From positions 84,444,001 through 84,508,000 of the forward strand of contig NC_059431.1 of assembly GCF_021028975.2 (NCBI RefSeq): a DNA stretch of 64,000 bases. The letters are read 5' to 3'. The notes below the pieces were generated by a model, which saw nothing but the letters and a program-made list of their open reading frames with translations, made no database searches and was not told the DNA's origin. Positions 38,317 through 50,810 of the stretch are shown here, piece after piece (position 1 is the first letter of the stretch; each line of letters opens with the position of its first letter). This DNA is from Sphaerodactylus townsendi (lineage: Eukaryota). The translations under genes were made by a program, and so were the position numbers.

Positions 38317-38629
38317 TTAGTATACGGGTAAACATGTAGTTAAAGGGGGGGGGGATTCTGTTTTGTGCTATTGTTTAACAAGGAGTTCAAAGACCAAGAA
38401 ACTGGCAGTAACGCTTGTGAAGTGTATCTCTGATCCAAAGGGAGTGCTCACACCACACTGGCTCCTGTCCAAAGGAAAAATGCTCCATGGTGTGATTTTA
38501 TATGTGGAGTTCTTGTCTCCATCTACACTTTTGCAGTTGCTACTTGGAGAAAACGAGTGAAAAACCATCCAGACTCTTGAGCTCATGGAGGATGCTCCTA
38601 TTAATGTGTCGCACTACCTTCTTCCCACT

Positions 38630-39960
38630 CAACTGCGCATGCAAGCCGCTCCCTTCCCCCACTCCTTCCTCTCTCAAATCTCCAACTTTCGACTATAGGG
38701 CAGGAAAGCGGGAGATGCTTCTCGTCTGTCCAGCAAGTCTTCATGCAAAGAAAGTTGCATGCTACACAAATAGGGGGGAGGGGGCTCAGCATGAGTGGAG
38801 CTGTTTGCGCCAGGGACATAAAAGGGCCACGCGGGTGGGAGGGAGGGAGTCTGCACGGGAAAGTCTACAAGTAGTAGGAACTCCTTGCCAAAAAAATTTA
38901 AAAAGCCGCACACGCACACAGACCGTGGCTTTTGTTGACATCCATCTCCCTCCTACCCGAGGACGGCGCTGAAGCGGAACCGACCAGCATCCCGTCTGCT
39001 CCTGCAGCAGCCGAGTAAGCACCCCCAGCCAACCCCTCCCTTTGCACTCTCCCCTCCCCCGCCTCCCACATGCATGTCCTGCCGATGCAACTTTGCCCCT
39101 CCAGCAAGCTCAAACAGAAGCAACAGGCTGCCTCATCTAGGCACCTCCAGCCAACAGCAGTCCGCCCCCTCCCCCGGCAGCCCCAGACACCCACAGCAAT
39201 GTAAGGCCTGACGCACCGATTGGCAGCCCCCTCCCCGCGCCCTGGAAAAGGGGCCGGTGAGCAATACCCCACCCCACCCTTAAACAGAAAGGAACAAATC
39301 AGACGTTGTGGAAAGACTCGGGATTATTATGATACCTTCGCCTTTGTAAAAGGGGAGGGGGTAGTAAAGGAGCGCGAACGCACCACCCTTGCACCCTCCC
39401 AGGGGAGAAAATGGGTTAGCCAAACGCCTCGCAGCAGCTGCAACAAAAGAGAGCGCGGGGGCCGGAATCCTGGTCCCGGGAGGAGCCTCTCGCGCCGCCG
39501 CTTCAAGCTCTGCATTCCGAGCGGCCCCTCCGCCTCTCTCCCCCACCATCCCCCCGCCTCGCAGCCCCACCGCGTGAAGCTTACCAGGTTGGGTCGCTTC
39601 TCCAAGGATGATTTCCCCCCTCCCCGCCTCCCAAGTTCAGATTTTTTTTCCTGGGGAGGTGAAGAAGATGAGCGCCTGTCTCAGCTGTCTTGGCAGGCCT
39701 CCCCCCCCCCCGCCTCCCCGCCCTTTTGCCTTTTTCCTCTCCTCCCTTTCTACGAAGTAGCGGCCCTCGGAGAAGAGCTGCGGGATAAACACACACGCAG
39801 GCTACCATGAAACTTAATCCTGCCCGGCCATCAGGCGGCTGGACGCCAACACCCCCCCCCCCGGCCCCCCTTTCCAGTTGCTAGACGGTCTTGAGCCAAG
39901 CTCAGCAGCGGGAGTGGGAACTGCTAGCAAAGGAGGAACCATGACAACAGCAGCAGCGAG
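38630..39960. promoter_or_regulatory. CpG island / MPDZ promoter region
   Basis: Abrupt switch from AT-rich intron 1 to GC- and CpG-rich sequence, with GC boxes and C-tracts and no TE termini. Confidence 0.8.
39585..39850 (-). other. MPDZ: Putative non-coding exon 1 of MPDZ (5' boundary/TSS unknown)
   Basis: Strong donor CTG|gtaagc at 39584, inside the only host-derived CpG island upstream of exon 2. No transcript evidence is available. Confidence 0.55.
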
Positions 39961-40749
39961 CAGCAACAGGAGGGGCCCAGAAGGTGCCCTACAAATTGCT
40001 GGCTGTTTGGGATGAGAACAAGGCAGACCTTGGAAAGCTAACCTACTTTCTGCCAGAAATGGAGAAAAAGTGGATGCAGCACAGTGTTTTGGCCTGACTG
40101 CACAATTTATGTAAAGTTGGTTATCCTAAGGCTTCTTCACTCAATTTAAATAGTGAGCTCTGTTGCCAAGTGACATGGTGACAGCCACACGGATCGACAG
40201 CTCTAAAAAGAGATAAGTCATTTTCATGGAAGCTAAAAATTGGTTACTACTAGCCATGGGGACTAAAGGGAACCTGTGAGAGCCGGTGCCAAAAGGCAAC
40301 ATCACGAAAATGTTTTTCCCTTTGTCAGTTGGCCTTCTACGGCATCTGGCTGGCCACCACATGAAAATGGATGCTGGACTAAATGGATCACTGCTCTGAT
40401 TCAACAGGACACCATCTACTGAGGAGTAATTTTAAATCATACTTAGAAGTGCCTGTGCTGGGAGAAAAGTTAAGTACAGCTCCAAAACGAGCATTTGAAA
40501 CCTGCTGGATGACTTGTGATAGGCCAGTGATGGTGAACCTTTTGGGCTTGGCATGTCAAAAATTTGGAAAATGCCTCACAACTTTTCTGGTGTGTCATCC
40601 CTCCCCACCTCCCACCCCCAAAAGATTTTTTTTTCCATATTCATTTAAAAAAATACAGACCAATCATGAGTGGTGGTATGTATTATGTAACGGAATGTCA
40701 AATAATTACACAAATGACTCAGATTCAAATACAACGAATAGTTGTTGGG

Positions 40750-41620
40750 CAAGGACGTAGGTATAGATTTTTTATGGGGGGATTCGGGGTGGGGCCACAC
40801 CCCCACCCGCCCCTAGGGCATGGCCACGCCTCCCCAAGCCCCGCCCCTGGCCTAGCGCTTATAAAAGCAGCTCTCCGAGGTCAGGGATGACAAGACTCCC
40901 CTGCCCTGCCCCTCCCCTCTGGGCAGAGGCATGGAGGGAAAATGGAGCCTGGTGCAAAATCCTTGCACCCCCCTCTCCCCAGGGCAGCCGCTGTGATGCT
41001 GGACTCCACCCCCAAACAGCATCGCTTTCAACGGTGTTTAAACTAGAGAGCCCAAATTCTCCTTTTAAATGTACCTTAAAGGGAGAATCTGAGGTCCCTA
41101 GCTAAACAACATTGAAAGTGATGCTGTTTTGGGGTGGATTATCCCCCACCCTGAAACAGCATCACTTTCAATGTGGCGTAGTGGTTAAGAGCAGGTGCAT
41201 TCTAATCTGGAGGAACCGGGTTTGATTCCCTGCTCTGCCACTTGAGCTGTGGAGGCTTATCTGGGGAATTTAGATTGCCCTGTACACTCCCACACACGCC
41301 AGCTGGCATGTGACCTTGGGCTAGTCACAGCTTTTCGGAGCTGTCTCAGCCCCACCCACCTCACAGGGTGTTTGTTGTGAGGGAGGAAGGGCAAGGAGAT
41401 TGTAAGCCCCTTTGAGTCTCCTACAGGAGAGAAAGGGGGGATATAAATTCAAACTCTTCTTCTTCTAAACTGAGGACTTCAGATTTTCCCTTTAAATCCA
41501 TGCCGAAGGGGGTGGATTTAAAAGGAGAATCTGGGGAAATTTTGGGGGTGCCTGCTGTCAGGGGTGCAATCGTTAAACTAGAAGCACCAAACTTTCAGGG
41601 TATCTTTAGGAGTCTCTCAA
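40750..41620. mobile_element. Truncated hAT-like non-autonomous element interrupted by a SINE
   Basis: Starts caaggacgtagg. Its body (41001-41620) is homologous to 43100-43425. Confidence 0.6.
41173..41465 (+). mobile_element. tRNA-derived CORE SINE (Squam3-like)
   Basis: gtggcgtagtggttaag (A box), gggtttgattccc (B box) and a (CTT)n tail. The equivalent site in the paralogous element near 43270 is empty. Confidence 0.85.
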
Positions 41621-41801
41621 ACTGTTTTCTTTAGTGTTACACATAGCTACATATACCAGTGCTAATCCAGCACAAGTGGCAAGAATACCTTGTCCACATT
41701 AGGAGCATTAGTATGATATATGACAGTTTTTCAAAGATAAATCATAATACGTAAGTATCTCAGATGTCAGAGGTGGGTGACTCATTGTCTTAAAAGACGA
41801 T

Positions 41802-41942
41802 GGCTCAATCCGCACATGCAGAATACTGCACTTTCAAACTGCTTTCAGTGCTCTTTGAAGCTGTGCGGAATAGTAAAATCCACTTGCAAACAGTTGTGAA
41901 AGTGGTTTGAAAACACATTATTTTGCATGTGCGGAAGGGGCC
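41802..41942. mobile_element. 141-bp Harbinger-like MITE, copy 4
   Basis: GAT|GGCTCAATCCGCAC...GTGCGGAAGGGGCC|GAT. Confidence 0.85.
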
Positions 41943-42704
41943 GATGAGTCTTTTACAAAAGATGTTCTTGCATGTGCTGCCCATTTTTTTACAGGAATTT
42001 GTACTCAGCCTCTAAAAGAAATGTTGTGTTAAAAATGAAATATCCAATCACAAAATAATAAAGGAGTGTTATTTGTTACCAGTGACATCAGATGCATCAT
42101 CTTATAAGTCTTTGTAGCATTCATATAACAATATTCAACATATTCCCAGTCTCTGACAGTATAGATTTACAGCCCCATTCAGGGAGAGTGTGAATTTGCC
42201 GGTGGGAGTGGCATAGGGCTGCGCTGATGGATTTGCCCTTCTCAAGACATTTGCCCTAGTGGAGGGTTGCATCCGCCAGTGGGTAGTCACTGCAGCCCTC
42301 CCTGGCACAGCACAGGATGCAGGGGCATGGCCGTGGGAGGAGCTAACCTTTGTCAGCTTCCTCCTGGCCATCTGCCCTGTTGCATCAGCAGCCAGAGCTT
42401 CAGACTTGTGCCACTGAAAAGGTGGCATTAAGTCTACTAAGCCCATTGGGGGTTTCCCAGCAGCAGTTAGGCTTTTTTGCATGTTAAGCATCCCCACACT
42501 GCCCGGAAGCCTCCTGGAGGTATGAGCCACCACAGAGCCCAGTACATTGGATAGGGCTATAAATGCTAGGTAAAGGGTGATCTTCCCACCATATTTATTA
42601 TTAATTTACTTCACTTATACCCCACCTTTCTCCACAGTGGGGACCAAAGCAGCTTTCATTAGTCTCCTCTTTTCCTTTTTATTCACACAACAACCCTGTG
42701 CTCA

Positions 42705-44260
42705 TAAAGATAAGCTCTCCACACTTACACCTTCTCAAAAAGGTGTTAGACAAAGCTGTCTTCTTGCCCCTTCCCACCAGAAGTGTATCTAGGCAAACTG
42801 GAGCCCGGGGACAAATCATGAGTTTGCCCCCCCCATGGGCGGCCATCTTCCCCCACCATGACCAAACAATGATTTTTTGCACGAGCTCACAAAACACCTC
42901 CGACCCTCAGCAAAACATACATGGCTCTCTCCCCACTAACTTTCCTAATTTTGTCCTCACACCAACCCTATGAGGTAGGTTGTTAGCCTGAGAAACAGCT
43001 CCAAGCCAGTGCAAGTGGATAATAAGCATGTAAATCTCTCACCCCAGCAAAACATTTACCAAACAAATGTCAGCATCATCTCTCACAAAACACCTCCAGT
43101 GGAATCCACCCCCAAACAGCATCACTTTCAATGGTGTTTAAACTAGGGATCCCAGATTCTTCTTTTAAATCCACCTTAAAGGGAGAATCTGGTGTCCCCA
43201 GTTAAACAACATTGAAAGCGATACTGTTTTGGGGTGGATTATCCCCCACCCTGAAACAGCATCACTTTCAATGTTTAAACTGTGGACCACACATTCTCCC
43301 TTTAAGTCCATGCCGAAGGAGGTGGTGCCGAAGGAGAAACTGGGGAAATTTGGAATGTGCCTGCTATCAGGGGTGCAATTATTAAGCTAGTAGTACCAAA
43401 ATTTCAGGGTATCTTTAGGACACTCTCCTGATGATACCACCCAGTTTTGGTGAAGTTTGGTTCAGGGGGTCCAAAGTTATGGACCCTCAAAGGTGTAGCC
43501 CCCATCTATTAGCTCCCATTGGAAACAATGGGGAATGGGGCACCCCTTTTGGGAGTCCATAACTTTGGACCCCCTGAACCAAACCTCACCTAACTTGGCT
43601 GGTACCATCAGGAGGGTCTCCTGAAAAATCTCTGAAATTTTGGTGCTGCTAACCTAAAAACTGCACCCCCTGCAGGCCGAAAACAGAAAAAACACTAAAT
43701 AATACAAAACACGCACAAACGAACCTGAAATTTTTGCACCCTCTACTAGGGGGTGCCTGGGGACACGGGGTACCCCATGTCCCTAGGCAAATACGCTACT
43801 GCTTCTCACTGAATAGTTATGCAAACTCCTTGATGAAATCCTTACAAAATGTTGATGTCCATGCTCGCAAACTATCTGAAGGGGGGAAAAGGGTCACTAC
43901 TTACGCATTCAGATGATGTTGTCTTGTTATCACAGACCAGAGTTGGTCTAAAGTATAACTTAGAATCATATAGCAGACAATGTAATGAGGAACTGTTAAC
44001 TATGATTTACTGAAAATCCAAAATAACACTTTTTCATAACAAATGTAAGCTATCCTTGATTCTCCAGAAATGAAGGTTTAGGACTAGTCCCTGCAGCCCT
44101 AAATCTATTTTGTGCCAAATCATTGGCTCAGCTCACATATGGGCCACAACTGGTCTAACTAATAACTATAAGGCATTGGAAATGGTTCAATTGAGATTTC
44201 TCAAGTCATTCTTCAATGCGCCTAAATATGCAGCTAATATGCTGCTTAGACAAGAGGCCA
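42705..44260 (+). mobile_element. Degenerate LINE reverse-transcriptase fragment split by a hAT insertion
   Basis: KGVRQSCLLAPS (motif GVRQGCxLxP) lies before the insertion and LLTHSDDVVLLSQTRVGLK (YADD motif) lies after it. Confidence 0.65.
42778..43801. mobile_element. Non-autonomous hAT element, 1024 bp
   Basis: Imperfect TIRs CAGAAGTGTAT / ATACGCTACTG and 8-bp TSD cttcccac / cttctcac. Confidence 0.8.
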
Positions 44261-44472
44261 GCAGGGCCAGATTTAGATGAAGAGAGGCCCTAGGCTATTC
44301 CACTTGTGAGTCCCCCCCCCATCAAAGTTAATCCCTGTTTCAAGCAATGCAACATTTCCCACTAACTCATGATCTGCTCAGCAGATCTTTTGTTCCTCGT
44401 TGTGATTGGTGGTTGTGTTGGGGCGGGCAGGAAACAATGTCCCTCCCCTCTGCTTTTTTTTAAAAAAAAATT

Positions 44473-45400
44473 CCAGTCCAGTCCAGAACCTTTAATAGGC
44501 ATATAATCAAGAAAATGTCAAAATTTCCAGATACATTATTATTATTATTATTATTTATTATTTATTTGACTTAATATACCGCCCAATCCCCGAAGGGCTC
44601 TGGGCGGTGTACATCATAAAATCACATAAAACATCATAAACATCCATAAGTTATAAAAACAGCAATTATAATATATCAAGATGGCGTCCTATCTAGACCT
44701 AATCCCTTTAACAAGAGGGGGTAATGGTCCCGGTGGTATAAGGGAACCATAGATCTTAATAATGGATCCCGTTGGCATTGGGATTCCAACCTAGGGGAAG
44801 GAAGGGGGCACTCAGCGGCTGGTTTCTCTAAAAGCCCGGTGGAACAACTCGGTCTTACAGGCCCTGCGGAAATCCCCAAGGTCCCGCAGGGCCCGGACAG
44901 CTGGAGTGATGTTAAAACATCACTCATTGTTACATTATAAAACACAGCTTAAAAATACGGCAACTGCTTCTGAAATTTCTGCATCGGAACTATTCAGGAG
45001 CTTAAACGGTTTTCTTTTATCGGAAAATAGTGTGAATCCTGTTGGTAACAGTGCCCACAAATCAGTTCTAAAGCTGTTAAACTTTGAACAATACAGCAAA
45101 ATATGAGAAATTGAGTCCGATGTATAGGGACAGTACCAGCAGCGACGTTCGTTGTATGGAATATTGAGAAAGCGCCCTTGGAGGTAAACAGAGGGAAAAG
45201 AGTTGCATCTTGCTCTGGTTATGACCCATCTACTCTTGTAATCAGCTAGTTGTTCCAAATATACAGCCCAGCTTGTTTTCTGGGGAATCACACAATTGGA
45301 TTGATTTTGAATTTCAGATGGTATCACATGGTCACATTTTCCTGCGGTGCCCACCTTTTTTTCCCCTATCACAGTTTTGTGCTATATTGGTACAGCATTC
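44473..45400 (-). mobile_element. LINE 3' end with CCHC knuckle and (CTGGA)n tail, interrupted by an L2 fragment
   Basis: ORF 44935-45372 (RRCWYC...SHILLYC) and minus-strand ATGCCTATTAAAGG plus tail. The 5' boundary is approximate. Confidence 0.75.
44535..44906 (-). mobile_element. L2 LINE 3' end
   Basis: The minus frame reads PAVRALRDLGDFRRACKTELFHRAFRETSR*, followed by a terminal stem-loop and an (AAT)n tail. Confidence 0.8.
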
Positions 45401-47519
45401 CATAGAAAATCTGCTTCACTTGAAAAACCTCAACAAAAGTGGTTTTTAAAAAAACCAAACCAAACCTTCATTAAAAAGGGGGTAAAAAATGCCTGTATCT
45501 GAATTGAAAAAAATAAACAGTTCACTATCAAAATCAACAGTGGTTTAAAGAGCTTGCTTGTCTGAAATGGAAAAAAACAACAACGACCCTCCACAAGATA
45601 CCCAAATAGACAATGCTAGGCTGCAGTATATACTCTGCCTCATTATAAGGCAGATTTATTATTTCCAGATAATAGCAGTGCTATCTTTTGGAATACATCT
45701 GTCCCATCAAATTCAGCAGATTAAACAGACCTGGTTCTTGTAGATGTGTAGTTTGCAATAGAGATGACAGACATGAGTTCATTCTGGTTCAGCCAGGAGA
45801 CAATAGAGTTCAATTTTACACCAATGACATGCGTACTGTAAAGGCATCCTTAACTATCTCAAATGACTTGCATTGCAAAAACAGAAATTTATATTTAATG
45901 CCAGTCCTCTCAGTTTCCACATAAAAACTCAGCTTAAAAGTCACAAAAAGTTTTCAATTTTGGTAGTGTCCTGTTTATGGCTGTGATAAGTTAGAATTCA
46001 GAACTTTGCTTTTTGGGAACCGTTCCATTTTTATTTTTTATTTTTTTGGATTATTGTACTGGCAAGTATAGCACATTAGTTTCACTTACTGGAGCAGCTA
46101 TTTTGGCATGAGCATTGCATAGATTTGCATTTTAAGAGTTTGTTTTTTTTAAGGAACACAGCTTCCCCTGGATACACAACTCTGTAACTCTTAATTTTCT
46201 GCTGGAGGTTACACATATGCCTGGGGTTAGAAAAAATACAACTCTTAAGGTAAACAAACATATTAAAGGGATGTTAATTATTTATAATTGCAAAACAAAA
46301 TAATTAGAAGTTTCAGGAAAATAGAGTATTTCTTTATACCGAACATGACTGTTTAAAACCACAGGCCTTGCCCTTGGCTAGAGTAGTGCATCCAAATGAG
46401 TGACAAAATCCATTAACATTATCATAGATCATTCAGACACAAAATACCTAAAAGGAACGTCTGGTTTGGTCAGATTAAGGGTACTTTAGAAACAGTTCCT
46501 CGTTTCCCAAGGTGACCACAGATTTGTCATGCTCCAGTTGTAGACTGCTCTATTCAAAATGTTTCTTCGGCAAGAGCTCAAGGGTCATAGTCCAGGTGAA
46601 ACATGTGACATGATTGGACTCATCAGTGCAATAGTCATTCCTGGGTTCATAGATGCATTCCTTCCCTACACAAAGTCTTCCTGTTACAGTTGAGAAACAG
46701 ATGGTGCTTGGATGAGGAAGCAGCTAATAGATCAAACTGGGGACATCAAATGACCAAGGGAATTCACAGCAACCTGAATTATGGGATACAGTTAGAGTTG
46801 CAAAATTGGCCGTGTATGTGTGCAAAAATGCAAAACTAGACACAGATAGAAGGTAGACTACAATTTAGAGTATAATTTACCTATCAGAATCACAGACCTT
46901 ATAGCAATTATTTATAATACAAATCTGTAAAATTTCAGTTAAGTTTCCCCACCTTATTAAGGGGAGTACTTAAATAGGGCACTCAATATATAAACATGTA
47001 AGAAACACAGTAACTCACGGCTCTGATGTAGGTAAAGCAACATTCTGATTCTTTAAAGAATCACAGAACAGCGAACAGGAATCCTGGGACTGATACAGCC
47101 ATCCCTGGAATGGGGTTGTTGTTTATGCAGTTTCCCTGCCTTCACCACCACCACCCATTTGAACTGACACTCAGCTGTACAGTCTATCAGTTGACCTGTT
47201 GTGCAGCTTTTATCCACACAGGGGTCAGCACATCTATTATTAAACTTAGTGATTACTTAGATGGTAATAAATCATAGGAGGCTTTGCACTTGTAACAACT
47301 GTGAGAAAGGTATTACACCTGGACCCTAAACAAAACCCTAACATAACCTTTTTCCTCTGCAACAGTTTCTCCAGGCTTGTCTCCCATGTGGAATGGGTAT
47401 TTCCTGCCCCAACATCAGCAACCCAAATGGCATTAATTTCTCTTGAGTTTCACCTAAGCTGATGGTTGGCACTGGATTTAGAAATGTAAAAGCCTTATGT
47501 GCTGCGTTTATTTGTCTCT

Positions 47520-47956
47520 GGCCGTTTCTGCACGGCGTCGATGGGGGTTGGGTCGGCACATTCCGTGCCGACCCAACCCCCCTGGGACCGTTCGCACGAA
47601 CGGTCCCAGAAACAGCCGGGCAGACGGCGCTGCGGAGCCAACCCAGCGTGTCCCTGGCCCTCCGGCACATCACCGAGGCCTGGAGACACGCCCCCCCAGA
47701 GACACGCCGGAGGCAAGGTAAGTGCAGGGTGGGAGTGGGGGGGTGGCGCCTGGAAGCTGCTGCCGTTCGCACGGCAGCGGCTCCAAGCCAGCGTTTCTAA
47801 GAAACCTCGCTTGCCCAGCGAGGTTTGGAAACGCCGGCTTCGCGCCGCGAGGGCGGTGCGGCTGCACAGAAGCTGCGCCCCCTGTGCGAATGGCTCCCTG
47901 GGGACAGCGTTTTTGCCGTCCCCAGGCCGCCATAAAACGCCCGTGCGGAAAGGGCC
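47520..47956. mobile_element. GC-rich Harbinger-like MITE (437 bp), inverted relative to 19072-19586
   Basis: GGCCGTTTCTGCAC...GTGCGGAAAGGGCC with flanks tct/act. The interior is homologous to the reverse complement of the 19072 copy. Confidence 0.82.
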
Positions 47957-48300
47957 ACTGTGATGAGCGAAGATCTGATAGTACAGCAAGGAGTCAAAAA
48001 ACAGAAACAGCAAGAAAGAAATAAAATGAGTTATCAAAACTGTAGGGTCAAAGGGATCTGTTAACTGGCAATACAGAAATTAAGAGAGACATGGTGCAAA
48101 GGGAAGTGGATGGGAAAGAAGTGAGTTACCATCTGTTCAATCAGCCACAGTCCTTGCTAATTTAAGAAAAGGTATATCTGTAGGTGTTACAAGAGTTAAA
48201 AGAAAACATGTATGCTGCAAAATATGGCTGCAGGTCCAGGCTGCATCGTTTTTTGGCCATCTGACAACCCTGGGAAAGAGCAGGGGTACAGGGGCTAATG

Positions 48301-48447
48301 CAGGGGAAGGGAACCTGCGGCTCTCCAGATGTTCAGGAACTACAATTCCCATCAGCCTCTGTCAGCATGGCCAATTGGCCATGCTGGAAGGGGCTGATGG
48401 GAATTGTAGTCCATAACATCTGGAGTGCCAAAGGTTCGCCACCACTG
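48301..48447. mobile_element. Palindromic hAT MITE related to 22076-22223
   Basis: Same TGGCCAATTGGCCA-centred hairpin. The two ends differ from each other and there is no TSD. Confidence 0.8.
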
Positions 48448-48450
48448 CAC

Positions 48451-49345
48451 TAGCCTGATCTCATCAGAACTCAGAAGCTAAGCAGGGTCAGTCATGACTA
48501 CACTGACATAGCAAGGGGCACGGGGGGAGAGGAGCTAGAGCCCAAGCACCACTTCCTGGGAGACACATTGCAGGGCCACATTCCCTCCTCACAACTGTGT
48601 CCTGGCCCCAAACTTCCTGTGGAGTTCAAGTCAGGTGCGCAGTCAGTGCCATAGCTGCCACGGGGCATGGGGGCCCCCGCGCCCCAGGCATGTGCCATTG
48701 GGGTCATGTGTGGGTGGAAAATCCCCTACACCCTTCCCCTGCCCCACCAGCCCTAGCAGAAGCCCGGAGCAGCCTGGAGTTCAGCCGACTTCAAAGAGCA
48801 GAAGGCTGAACTAAGGTAAGAGGGGGGGCAGGCAGCTACAGGGGGCAGCCTGGAGCAGCCTGTTGAACTAAGATAAGTGGGGGTGGGGGACCGGACCCTG
48901 CAGGGGAGGTGAGCGTGGGGCCCGGGAGCCATTTTGCCCCGGACACCTTCCTCCACCCCTATGCCACTGTGCGCAGTTAAACTCCAACCAGTAGGGCTGG
49001 CCTCACCCTGGCTCTCCACATGGAGTTTGGGAGTGGCAAGACCCATTTGCTGCTAGCCTCATCTCGCCCAGCTGGTCCTGCTGGCTGGCTGGCTGTGCCC
49101 CACTCCAACTCCATGGAGCGGCTGTGTGCGGCGATGCAGTGCTCAGGGTGAGTCCCGGGTGCTCTTTTAGAAAGCAATATGCCCTGCCTGGCTATCAACT
49201 GGTTGGGAGATGACCAAGGAATGCCAGGGCTGCTATGCAGAGGAAGGCAATGGCAAACTACCCCTGTTAGCCTCTTGCCTTGAAAACCTTATAGGGTTTC
49301 CATAAATTGGCTGTGATTTGATGGCACTTTACATGCACACACACC
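48451..49345 (+). mobile_element. 5S-derived SINE interrupted by a ~700-bp GC-rich insertion (about 48493-49186)
   Basis: gcctgatctcatcagaactcagaagctaagcagggtc, then the insert, then cctggctatcaactggttgggaga...ggcaatggcaaac...gatggcactttac(ac)n. Confidence 0.7.
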
Positions 49346-49789
49346 CTTCCTACGGCTGTATGTTTCTTTTCTCCAGCTATCACCTCTTGTCAAAAAGATT
49401 TCTTAAACAATGTAACCCACCAGCAAAACCTACCGGTAATTACAAACACTAAAGTGGGATGGATATCTGAGTGATTTCTCTTTCAAATAAGCTTCAGATT
49501 TCTGAAACATTAGCTTTTTTCCCTTGCACTTGCAAATCCCAGCAGCGTAAACTCCGGGCAAATAATCCATATTTCCACATGGGTTAATTTGATGCTAAAG
49601 GGAAGTAGATTTTTCTCCTGTATTCCCACAGCATTGTGGTACATTCATTTACCCCCTAGGCTTCACCCAGGTTTTTCTCTGATCTTTTACAAACCTGCTT
49701 TAATCCAAGTTTTGGAAAAGATCAAAGCCAAGTCTGGATAGCTGCTGTGTGGGCAGGAAAATTCAGATTGCATTTGTTCTGTTATTTCA

Positions 49790-50810
49790 TATAATTTACT
49801 TCTATGCAGCCTTTCCACCCAAGCATGGTCTGCAAGGTGGTGAATATCTAACATTAAAAGGTTTCATCATTACAGACATTTAAAATAAAGTGTGTCTGTA
49901 TAGACAGACAGACAGAAATTTTGTAAAAACATATAAACATACATAAGGGGGGGGGGGCCAAAGAGGCGGCCAATAACGGGTATGCCAAGCAGAACAAAAA
50001 AGAAAACAACAATAAAGGTAGACATCAATCTCCTGGGGAAGGAGTTCCAAAGTTTTGGCACTATGATTGAGAAGACCCTTTCACTGGTGGCCACATGTCC
50101 AGCTTCTCATGGCAGGGGCATCCAAAGCAGGGCCCTTGAAGAATGGATCAGTAAGTTCATATGGAAGAAGGCAGTCCTTAAGGGACGCTGGTCCCAAACC
50201 ATGTAAGGCTTTAAATATCAATACCAGTGCACACTGGGAACCAGTGTAAATGGAACCAGACTGGTATGACATCTTCTGCAACCTACTGCAGTCAGCATTT
50301 GGAAAGCAGAATTCTGTACCAATTATTTATTTGTTTTATTTGTTTGTTTTGTATTCCACTCTCCCCTCACCAAGGTGAGGCTCAGAGCAGCTGTTAGTGT
50401 TAAAAATATACATAATGCATACAAATAAAAAGAAGGCATAATAATTGGATGTAGAAAAGTAATAAAACCAGCTTTTAAATTCCAATTTTGGTCAAGCCAC
50501 TATAATAGCGACTCTACAGCCCGTCTGAAGGTTTAGTAGGCAAGAACAACCTTCTGGACAGTTTCAAAGGGAGCCCCCAACAGAGTACATAGCAGTGGTC
50601 TAACCTAGATGTTACCAAGGCATGCACCATAGTGGTAAGATATCACCACCACCACCCAGAAGGCCAGCAGCTGATTACCAGCTAAAACTACTGAAAGGCA
50701 CCCATGCCCACTTTTGCCATCTGTTTATCCAACAGGGGGACTGGTTCCAGGAGCACCCCCAAACTTCAAACTGGCTCCTTTATAAGAAGTGCAATCCAAT
50801 CAATTTCCTC
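49790..50810 (-). mobile_element. Degenerate L2 LINE ORF2 3' region
   Basis: LVLIFKALHGLGPASLKDCLLPY and RVFSIIVPKLWNSFP are characteristic L2 C-terminal motifs. Boundaries are approximate. Confidence 0.7.

Noticed and set aside
39220-39810. 196-aa plus-strand ORF and overlapping ORFs in the CpG island
   Set aside because: Low-complexity Pro/Arg/Gly products expected from GC-rich DNA, with no recognisable domain.
47338-48037. ORFs of 100-180 aa here and at 19005-19598 and 59059-59654
   Set aside because: All lie over GC-rich MITEs and are open on both strands, which points to a composition artefact.
48451-48492. 5S rRNA gene (also 35160-35270)
   Set aside because: Diverged, incomplete and joined to a retroposon tail, so it is a SINE head.
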